Shown here one piece after another: positions 1-7,523 of a stretch of 12,350 bases of DNA. The notes under the pieces are model-generated. The model made no database searches and was not told where the DNA came from. It saw only the letters and a program-made list of their open reading frames with translations. The DNA comes from Octopus sinensis (lineage: Eukaryota): assembly GCF_006345805.1 (NCBI RefSeq), contig NW_021826623.1, forward strand, positions 1-12,350, given 5' to 3'. The first letter of the stretch is position 1, and each line of letters starts with the position of its first letter. The translations under genes and the position numbers were made by a program.

Positions 1-82
1 AGCGTTTTCGGCAAAAGAGACCGTTAGCGTAAGTACTAGGGTTACAGTCAAATGACTGAAACAAAGGAAGGACTAAAAGAAT
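1..82 (+). mobile_element. Family A SINE, 3' fragment with internal deletion (cut by window edge)
   Basis: TTCGGCAAAAGAGACCG..TAAGTACTAGG..CAGTCAAATGACTGAAACA matches the 3' half of the full copy at 11151-11570. The 58 nt corresponding to 11471-11528 are missing. Confidence 0.85.
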
Positions 83-103
83 ATATATTAGTGTGTGTCC
101 CTG

Positions 104-328
104 TTTACTCTTTTACTTGTTTCAGTAATTTGACTGCGGCCATGCTGGAGCACCGCCTTTTTAGTCGAGGATTTCGACCTCAGTGTTCATTGTTTGTAAG
201 CTTGGTACTTATTCTATCGGCCTCATTTGCCGAACTGTTACGTTACGGAAACATAAACACACCAACATCGGTTGTCAAGTGACGGTGGGAGGCGGCAAAC
301 ACACACAAAGACACACATATAAATATAT

Positions 329-374
<46 letters not shown>

Positions 375-419
375 GACGGGTTCTTTCAGTTTCCGTTAAC
401 CCCACTCACAAGGCTTTGA
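104..419 (-). mobile_element. Family A SINE, 5'-truncated, with internal (TA)n tract
   Basis: The reverse complement (CAAAGCCTTGTGAGTGG..GGAAACTGAAAGAACCCGTCGTAT-(TA)n-..CACTTGACAACCGATG..AAGGCGGTGCTCCAGCATGGCCGCAGTCAAATTACTGAAACAAGTAAAAG) is colinear with ~11262-11555. Confidence 0.9.
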
Positions 420-660
420 TGTTTATATATACATACAAACACACACATACACGTACTTATAAACACAACATTCATACAAATCTATTAACATATGTATAGA
501 GTGAAGAGGTTCTGAGTCGACCCATAATTTCATACAAATACAATTTTCTGACAATTATTTTTATTTCTGCATTTTGCGCTAAATTAGACTGTTTACGGTG
601 GCTCCATTTTAATAAATGGTAACCCGCTGGGTCGAAAACCTGACTACGCCCATGTTAAAA

Positions 661-740
661 CCACACACACTCACACGCACACACACATACAGACACATAC
701 ACACACACAGATACACACATACATACAGACACACAAAGTA
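661..740. repeat. Compound (CA)n/(ACAT)/(ACAG) microsatellite
   Basis: Directly visible. Confidence 0.85.
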
Positions 741-862
741 CACTCATGGTCGACATTCATAATTATTTTGTTTTTCATAAAATTTCGAGAGTACGTGAAA
801 TAATTGTTTTTGGAACACTGGATCTCGATGCACATAAGGCTATGTATACTAACATGGAGATA

Positions 863-984
863 TTGGGCTGAAAAACCCTTTGGACAGAAACAGTCGAAGG
901 CTGCCTACAGGACCGGAATTCACATTTCGTGTAGATATGACATGCGCAGACGACGACTTCTATTTCGAACGGTTTTCAACCCAA
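863..984. mobile_element. Mariner/Tc1-type MITE (~122 bp) with TA target duplication
   Basis: TA(861-862)-TTGGGCTGAAAAACCCTTTG ... CGAACGGTTTTCAACCCAA-TA(985-986). The imperfect TIRs match 16/20 with one gap, and weaker symmetry extends to ~35 bp. The TTGGGTTG start resembles mariner TIRs. Confidence 0.55.
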
Positions 985-996
985 TATTATATTATA

Positions 997-1383
997 CTAG
1001 CAGTATCGCCCGGCGTTGCTCAGGTTTGTAAGGGAAATAACTATAAAGCATTTTTAGAGAGTTATAGCCAAAAAACAGCAAACAAATGGAAAAAAAATGA
1101 TGGTAAATTTTTTTTTGAGAGTAAAAAAAGGTTGAGTTGCGTCCCCTAGACAGTCTGTGGTTTGTTTTTTTTGATTCTCGACCCCATGTCGAATTTATCG
1201 ATTTTTTTCAGAACTGGGGGAACTTTTCAAAATTTTCGCTGCGTTAGTTTTGAATTATGACATTGGGGTATGTGTGTGTCAAGTTTCATCAGAATCGGTT
1301 GAAAGCCGTGGTCAGAGTGAGGGTACGAGAAAACAGACACACAGAAACACGCACAGACAAACTGCCGTTTATATAGAGAGAGA
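997..1383 (-). mobile_element. Non-autonomous Helitron (387 bp), Lep1-like architecture
   Basis: On the minus strand it begins 5'-TC (TCTCTCTCTATATAAAC) and ends with a GC-rich hairpin CCTGAGCAACGCCGGG (1009-1024), 8 nt, then CTAG (997-1000). It sits between A (1384) and T (996). It carries a GTCT/GT-rich tract near the 5' end and the motif AAGTTTCATCAGAATCGGTTGA on the + strand. Confidence 0.8.
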
Positions 1384-1399
1384 TATATATGTATTATAC

Positions 1400-1472
<73 letters not shown>
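1384..1472. repeat. (TA)n followed by (TG)n microsatellite
   Basis: Directly visible; abuts the Helitron 5' end. Confidence 0.95.
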
Positions 1473-1474
<2 letters not shown>

Positions 1475-1587
1475 TATATGTATATATGTACGTATCAGCA
1501 CACACACACACGCACGCATATATATTTGTTTAATATGTCATGTCATTTCTTTTTACTATATTATTTTATATCTTATTTAAATATTGT

Positions 1588-1739
1588 GGAGCCACATGAC
1601 CTTGTGGTTAGAGCAGCGGACTTGCGATCGAGGGATCACGGGTTCGAATCTCAGACTGGGCGATGTTCCAAAAACCGGGCGGTGTGTGTGTGTTTATGAG
1701 CGAAACACCTAAGCTCCACGCGGCTCCGGTAGAAGGTAA
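1588..1739 (+). mobile_element. Family C tRNA-derived SINE (tRNA-Arg-like head), 3'-truncated
   Basis: A-box-like TGACCTTGTGG (1597-1607) and B box GGTTCGAATCT (1641-1651). GGACTTGCGATCGAGGGATCACGGGTTCGAATC resembles tRNA-Arg(TCG). The body TTTATGAGCGAAACACCTAAGCTCCACGCGGCTCCGG matches my recollection of an octopus SINE. Confidence 0.75.
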
Positions 1740-2116
1740 CAGCTCTCTTGTATGCCCCAGGTTATGGCTAAACACATCAAGTAGCAACAAGCATCATTAA
1801 TCACTTAGTATGAGTAATCCCGTTGTAATTCTTGCGATGGGTAACTCCGGGTTCGCTTCGCTGGATTATGAATTTTATCAGGAGTGTAAATTCCAAACAA
1901 TTACAAAGAATATGGAGATGGTACATGTTCAAATTTTTCTGTTAAATTTTACAGATTATACACTATAAATTAGCTACAAAGACCGACGTGCTGGATTGGC
2001 TAAGCACCTGCACGAACTCGTGTCTGTCATTTTAATTAACTCTTGATTGTTATGCTGTCAGATTCAAAGAAAAGTTTGAACATGTGCCACTCTCCGTGAT
2101 TGTTTGTGGTTGTTTG

Positions 2117-2312
2117 GACTCCTAAACACACTCCGTGTAGGCCTATCCGACTTTTTCGGAGAATACTGAAGAGCTGTGGCCACTTGAAACACAAGCTGTT
2201 GCGAGTATCTGGTTGGAATTTTGGGTATTGTGCAGTGGCACCCCGTTCTGCTGTTTATGTAACTTTCAGTGCCAAAGATTGGCACAAGTTCTAGGATTTT
2301 CCAGATATATAT
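2117..2312 (-). pseudogene. Degraded 3' end of LINE ORF2 (CR1/L2/Jockey supergroup)
   Basis: Minus-strand translation YIWKILELVPIFGTESYINSRTGCHCTIPKIPT, then after a frameshift NSLCFKWPQLFSILRKSRIGLHGV. This fits the recalled C-terminal pattern YIWKILExLVPN..R.GR.C.IP...NS..F.GP.LFN.LP...R of invertebrate CR1/L2/Jockey-like ORF2s. Confidence 0.65.
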
Positions 2313-2332
2313 ATATATATATATATATATAG

Positions 2333-2388
<56 letters not shown>
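2305..2388. repeat. (TA)n + (TG)n compound microsatellite
   Basis: Directly visible. Confidence 0.95.
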
Positions 2389-2391
<3 letters not shown>

Positions 2392-2470
2392 CACGAACTT
2401 CGAAGTTTCAGATGATTTCCTATCATCAGATTCGCTTTTATCTGGCAAGCTGAAGCTTCGAAGTCACAGC

Positions 2471-2526
2471 CAACGATAAGTTTGAGGGATGTAAACAGAC
2501 CAATACTAGTTGTGAAGAGATGATGG
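2471..2526 (-). mobile_element. Family A SINE, old internal fragment
   Basis: CAACGATAAGTTTGAGGGATGTAAACAGACCAATACTAGTTGTGAAGAGATGATGG aligns loosely with 231-288 (CGAACTGTTACGTTACGGAAACATAAACACACCAACATCGGTTGTCAAGTGACGGTGG). Confidence 0.5.
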
Positions 2527-2581
2527 TAACGTTAAATCTACTTTTATGAATATAAATGAAATGTGTGTGCGTGTGTGTTTG

Positions 2582-2722
2582 CTCGACTTTGCCTTTCATC
2601 CTTCCGGGGTCGATAAATTAAGTACCAGTTACGCACTGGGGTCGATATAATCGACTTAATCTCTTTGTCTGTCCTTGTTTGTCCCCTCTATGTTTAGCCC
2701 CCTTGTGGGTAGTAAAGAAATA
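2582..2722 (+). mobile_element. Family B SINE, 5'-truncated, tail type 1
   Basis: TCGACTTTGCCTTTCATCCTTCCGGGGTCGATAAATTAAGTACCAG...GTAAAGAAATA is colinear with ~7786-7922. Confidence 0.9.
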
Positions 2723-2805
2723 TATATATGTATATATATATACACACGCGTAAATACATATACAAATAAATACACACAAATACATATGTGTGTACATATA
2801 TGTGT

Positions 2806-2900
<95 letters not shown>
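2723..2900. repeat. TA/CA-rich tract, (TA)n and (AAT)n microsatellites
   Basis: (TA)n ~2821-2863 and (AAT)n 2863-2900 are directly visible. Confidence 0.9.
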
Positions 2901-3074
2901 TTGAGGGAATATTATTCCTAACTTACAGGGAAAAATTCAATTATTTTGCACATTACTTAATCATCGGTATTTTATTTCTAGTATATGTAATTTTCTAGAT
3001 GGTGTAATTTAATTGTTCATTTTGAATTGATAAAAGGTGGTTTTTCTAATTTATACATATATATATATGTATAT

Positions 3075-3107
<33 letters not shown>

Positions 3108-3519
3108 CGTATGTATATCCTTAATAGTACTAGTATGCAGGTTGAGCTTGATCGATGTCGAGAAGGGAACAGAGGTAGATTAGTTTAAATTTATTAGAAT
3201 TATTTTTACGTTGTTACATTTGTACTCGTCTAAAACTGACAATAAAGTTGAATTGAGTGAATGAATGAGAGAGGCGGTGTCTGTGTGTGTGTCTGTGTGT
3301 GTGTGTCTGTGTGTGTGCTTAGATGTTTGTGTGTCCGCTTTATCGGTGTGTGTTCTTGCTTATGTTTTAATATGCTTGAGTTATATTTCATATTTAATAC
3401 ACGATTAATTGTGACACATGAGCATGTTCTTGTAGATCTTTATAAATTATTGGTGAAATTAATATATGTTCTAATGTGTGTATATGTGCGACTGTCTGTG
3501 TATATGTTTGCATGTGCAT

Positions 3520-3547
3520 ACATACATACATACACACATACATACAA

Positions 3548-3600
<53 letters not shown>

Positions 3601-3625
3601 ACAAACACATATATATATATACACA
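3520..3625. repeat. (TACA)n/(TA)n compound microsatellite
   Basis: Directly visible. Confidence 0.85.
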
Positions 3626-3997
3626 TGTGTGTGTCTGAGTACATATGACTAATATAATAGCTACAGCAACGACGTATGTAGATATAGATATAGATACACA
3701 CACACACGTAACGCGCGCGCGCGCAAATATAATCATTGCAGTGCGTATACTAGTTATAGCGAGTAGGAAGTATTGTGATAAACGTCAACAATAGCAATGG
3801 AAATTTATCATTTGGTGCTAAGTAGCGTGTGATAAATATGTTACACGCACACGCACACACATACACGTTCATGTTAAATGAAACGTGCGGAGGACCAGGC
3901 AGTTATCTGTGGATCTACTCAATACACGTGCAGTTTGGTAAATAAATGAAGAATCAAAAAAATATATATATATTAGTATTTACTAAAACACACACTA

Positions 3998-4220
3998 GGT
4001 GGCGAGCTGGCAGAATAGTATGCGTACCGGACGAAATGCTTAGCGGCATTTCGTCCGTCTCAACGCTCTGAGTTTAAATTCTACCGAGCTCGACTTTGCC
4101 TTTCATGTTTTTCCGGGTTGATAAAATAAGTACCAGTTGAGCACTGGGGTCGATGCAATCGACTTACCCCCTCCCCCCAAAAAGAATGCTGGCCTTGAGC
4201 TAGAATATGAATCCAATATT
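3998..4220 (+). mobile_element. Family B SINE, full length, tail type 2
   Basis: Head GGTGGCGAGCTGGCAGAA, a 12-bp hairpin at 4028-4057 and B-box-like GAGTTTAAATTC. These are followed by the core TCGACTTTGCCTTTCAT..GATAAAATAAGTACCAG and a tail CCCCCTCCCC..GGCCTTGAGCTAGAA. Confidence 0.85.
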
Positions 4221-4607
4221 CACGCACACGCGCTGATTCACATAGTCTCACGCGTACACACGTGTGAATGTCTGTGAATCGGTGCGTCGAACAACTAAGC
4301 TGCTTTGTTCTTTTTAGTCATTGTTAGATTTCTGATCACCAAGTGTCAGCTTCGATCATTTCGCCTGTAAGAGATCGATAAGATATGGACCAGGCGGAAG
4401 TAACAGGATCGACATAATTGATGATTACTGAGGGCCATGCCTCCAGAAATTCCACAGTTCACTGATTGGAATCGGTGTAAGAATGAAAGAATCAAACGAA
4501 TTTCATTAAACAGTTCTATATTTAAGAGACGAGGAATTATGTACATTATTTACGTTATTTACATTAGTTACATTTTACGGATATTTGTCCTCATCTTGTT
4601 TGTTGTT

Positions 4608-4653
4608 AACACAACGTTTTGGCTGATATACCCTCCAGCCTTCTTCAGGTGTC
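4608..4653 (-). ncRNA. Minimal type I hammerhead ribozyme motif (Penelope-like), probably inactivated by G12A
   Basis: Minus strand reads GACAC-CUGAAGA-A-GGCUG(GAGGGUAUAU)CAGCC-AAA-ACGU-U-GUGUU. Stem I has 5 bp, stem II has 5 bp, and stem III is a palindromic ACGU, giving a predicted GUU cleavage site. Confidence 0.7.
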
Positions 4654-4700
4654 TTGGGGAAATTTCGAACCTGGGTTCTCATTCCTAAGTCATTTTTCGA

Positions 4701-4753
<53 letters not shown>

Positions 4754-4754
<1 letters not shown>

Positions 4755-4876
4755 TTTTTTTTCTTCTTTCAAATTTTCTTCCATTTCTTGCCGAGTGTCT
4801 TCCCGACTCCTAGGGCAAAGAAACTCATAGTGTATATTGGTAGGCCATTAAACCAAACTCAGTAGTTCGTTCACTT

Positions 4877-4907
<31 letters not shown>

Positions 4908-4984
4908 GTTAAATTAAAATACATGAGCAGCAACAGTTCTCACATCGACAATGCTCTTCTCAATATGTGTGATGTACCAGTTAT
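4754..4984 (-). mobile_element. 5'-truncated R4/Dong-clade (RLE) non-LTR retrotransposon 3' end inserted in (TAA)n
   Basis: 4984->4940 encodes ITGTSHILRRALSM*, resembling the GT(A)xILR(K/R)xL terminus of R4/Dong ORFs. A 3'UTR with an internal A26 follows, and (TAA)n lies on both flanks. Confidence 0.6.
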
Positions 4985-5198
4985 ATTATTATTATTATTA
5001 TTATTGTTATTATTATTATTATTATTCAGGTCACTGCCTGGAATCTTGGGGTTTGTAGCCCGCGCTCTTAACCACTACGCCATATGCCGTGGGCAATTAT
5101 GGAGTGTTTTCCGGGTTGATAAATTATAATTTATAAGCCCTAAAATTCACTGCTTCCCAGTTGGTAATATTGAAGTCGCAGGCCTTCATGTCTCTTTT

Positions 5199-5321
<123 letters not shown>

Positions 5322-5500
5322 CATCGCTTGACAACCGATGTTGCTGTATTTACGCCTCCGTAACTTGGCGGTTCGGCAAAGGACGAACGATGGAATAAGT
5401 ACTAGGCTTACAAAGAATAAGTCCTGCTGTCGATTTGTGCAACTAAAGGCGGTGCTCCAGGATGGCCGCAGTCGAATGACTGAAACAAGTAAAAGAAAAA
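5322..5500 (+). mobile_element. Family A SINE, 3' half
   Basis: CATCGCTTGACAACCGATG..GGAATAAGTACTAGGCTTACAAAGAATAAG..GGCCGCAGTCGAATGACTGAAACAAGTAAAAG is colinear with ~11380-11555. Confidence 0.9.
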
Positions 5501-5562
5501 ATAATATATACATATATATATATATATAATAATGATAATAATAATAATAATAATAATAATAA

Positions 5563-5714
5563 TATTTTTCTTTACTACCCACAAGGGGCTAAACATAGAG
5601 GGGACAAACAAGGACAGACAAAGGGATTAAGTCGATTACAGCGACCCCAGTGCGTAACTGGTACTTAATTTATCGACCCCGAAAGGTTGAAAGGCAAAGT
5701 CGACCTCGGCGGAA
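5563..5714 (-). mobile_element. Family B SINE, 5'-truncated, tail type 1
   Basis: Reverse complement of the core and tail of the 7707-7931 copy. Confidence 0.9.
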
Positions 5715-5835
5715 CACTTCAACGCTTCGAAAACAAACGTGTTTGTTTACATACGGCGTAACCTATACGACATCCCATCTAGCATTCCTGGATGATTCCA
5801 TAAGTTCTTAAATTGCGGAAGAATTTGGCGGTCGA

Positions 5836-5909
5836 GGCGGTTTTGCTTAAATGGTAAAGCATTCCAACCGAATATTGGAGGGATGTGAGTTCGTTCCTCA
5901 TGGCTGGAT
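5836..5909 (+). pseudogene. tRNA-like cloverleaf (tRNA pseudogene or SINE head; GAA at anticodon position)
   Basis: D stem GCTT/AAGC (5845-5860). Anticodon stem TCCAA/TTGGA with loop CCGAATA (5863-5879). T arm GTGAG-TTCGTTC-CTCAT (5885-5901). The acceptor stem is weak (5 pairs, 3 G.U) and T5 follows at 5919-5923. Confidence 0.5.
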
Positions 5910-5954
5910 GCCGACAAATTTTTCTGCTTTAAAAAGAAAAAAAGGATATTATCC

Positions 5955-5997
<43 letters not shown>

Positions 5998-6099
5998 GTA
6001 TATATATATATTGTTCAGTATCTATGCGTTGAATAAAATTTATCTTTCTATTTGTTCTACAATATAAATAATATATGAATATATGCATATATACATACA

Positions 6100-6222
6100 T
6101 ATAATGTATCGGTATACGAGTTAATATATGGGAACGATCGTGAAACGAATACTCGGAAACAAAACAAAACTCGCAAACCCAGGGTTTCTTAAAGCAGTTC
6201 CTCATAAAGTGAGGTGTTACTG
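6100..6222 (-). mobile_element. Tigger/pogo-like MITE end (single TIR seen)
   Basis: Minus strand TA|CAGTAACACCTCACTTTATGAG resembles the CAGTAATACCTC-type Tigger TIR, and TTAACTCGTATACCGA is a typical internal motif of such MITEs. No partner TIR was found, and the left boundary is approximate. Confidence 0.4.
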
Positions 6223-6247
6223 TATATATATATATATATGTGTGTGT

Positions 6248-6278
<31 letters not shown>

Positions 6279-6324
6279 ACACACACATTACAGGTGGACA
6301 GATAGAATTTGTCTGTTTTCCCGC

Positions 6325-6478
6325 CCAGTTTTAGTTTACCAAATCCACCTATAGGGCATTGGTCGACCCGGGGCTATAGTAGGAGACCCTTAAAGTACCA
6401 CGCAGTGGGACTGCACCCCAGATCCCCTAAATCGCCTGTTTACAAAGCGAGCTTGTTAACCACACAACCATGCTTGCG
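6325..6478 (-). mobile_element. Family A SINE, diverged 5' half
   Basis: The reverse complement CGCAAGCATGGTTGTGTGGTTAACAAGCTCGC..CAGTCCCACTGCGTGGTAC..CTACTATAGCCCGGGTCGACCAATGCC..GTGGATTTGGTAAAC matches ~11151-11300. Confidence 0.8.
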
Positions 6479-6489
6479 TCTTAAACCCT

Positions 6490-6800
6490 TAAATGAATCT
6501 TCATTTGAACCCCTTTCTTTATTTTTCCCTCAATTTCCTCTGTGAAATTCCTCCTTGTTTGCCGTATTTTCGTTGCTTCTTTAATTGTTTATTAGAATCA
6601 TTTTTCTCCTTTTGTTCCTTTTTTATCACTTCGATTTCCTTCGATTTCCTTTTTATTATTTTCCTATTAATTTCTTCCTTTCGTTCACTTCATATATTTT
6701 ATTCACCTCTCCCCCTCTCTTTCTCTCATTTCTTCATTCATCTTTATTTGTTGCAATCTTTCTTTCTCCGTTTTATTTCAATCTGACGGCCATCATTTAA
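6490..6800. repeat. Pyrimidine-rich low-complexity tract
   Basis: Strong T/C skew on the + strand, no regular unit. Confidence 0.7.
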
Positions 6801-7523
6801 TGTTAACCCTAACCCCTTCCTAATCTTTCATCCCATTAAACAAAAGCCTGTGTTCTTTACAATCGTGTTTTCTTTACAGATTTCACATCAGAACCTTGAA
6901 AAACAGTTGAAGTCAATTTACTGTTATTGCACACGTGTTTGAGATAACATTAAACCGATGTTCAATCACTTGCAAAAGACATAGAGCTCTTGCTAACACC
7001 CGATTCGACAACAATTTCACCGATGCTTATACACACAATTGTCTATAACAGTTGTGTGTGAGTGTGTCTGCGTATGGGTGTGTGTGCATGTGTTATATTA
7101 ATGCAAGACTAATTTTATGTAAATATAATCCGTCATGCTACAGTTCTCTGGTTGGATATCAAACCTTGATTTGTGATTTGATAATACTAATGACGTAACT
7201 AGGTGACAAGGTTTTAATTTCATGATCAAAAAGGATTTTAGTTCCAACAATAAACCTGATCGTTTCGAAAGTCTTCATTCTTTCTCCACTTCTTCGAAGA
7301 CACAGGAACTATATTTTAGATCGCAAACACAAAAGAAGTGACCCACCTGATGAGTAAATAGGTCTATCAACTCCAGCAGTGTTGTTCAGTCTACAGCTTT
7401 GCCGTTGTGTATTAGCAGACATGAGCTTCCATTTTTATTGTTTCAATATCTTCCGTTATTATTTACTCGTTTCAGTCATATGTGTGTGTATGTGTGTATG
7501 TGTATATATGTATATCTGTATGT

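Larger units (their letters stand above)
4565..5088 (-). mobile_element. Composite tRNA-headed element (family D): tRNA-like head, (TAA)n, Penelope-like tail with hammerhead motif; interrupted by an R4/Dong-like LINE fragment
   Basis: Head at 5027-5088 with A box TGGCGTAGTGG (5072-5082). (TAA)n tracts at 4985-5026 and 4703-4753. The hammerhead motif at 4608-4653 is in the same orientation. The left boundary is approximate. Confidence 0.65.

Noticed and set aside
500-660. Possible DNA-transposon ends (TCGACCCA/TGGGTCGA inverted 8-mer; terminal GTTAA)
   Set aside because: The inverted match is too short, there is no matching TSD pair, and the end lacks the piggyBac CCC/GGG terminus.
1810-1968. 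52-codon ORF MSNPVVILAMGNSG... with a nearby TTTTACAG acceptor
   Set aside because: No recognisable motif (not a P-loop), and the implied intron would be only ~34 nt.
5107-5123. 17-nt match to the family B core at ~4109-4125 (TTTTCCGGGTTGATAAA)
   Set aside because: Too short to separate a tiny SINE fragment from chance, and the flanks do not align.
5770-5880. Transposase- or RT-like look of minus-strand peptides (FGWNALP..FKNLW; FRNLRTYGII)
   Set aside because: Key motifs (YSPDLAP, PSQSPDLNPIE, AFD) are absent, and the region is better explained by the + strand tRNA-like structure.
6803-6817. AACCCTAACCCC telomere-like repeat
   Set aside because: Only about two units; chance-level.
6860-7360. 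Candidate exons after TTTACAG (6879) and TTTTAG (7319)
   Set aside because: The first acceptor lies in a local duplication and lacks a good donor. The second gives a 34-nt piece with no recognisable peptide.
7347-7380. CTGATGAG hammerhead-like start
   Set aside because: There is no GAAA after the potential stem II, so the core is incomplete.
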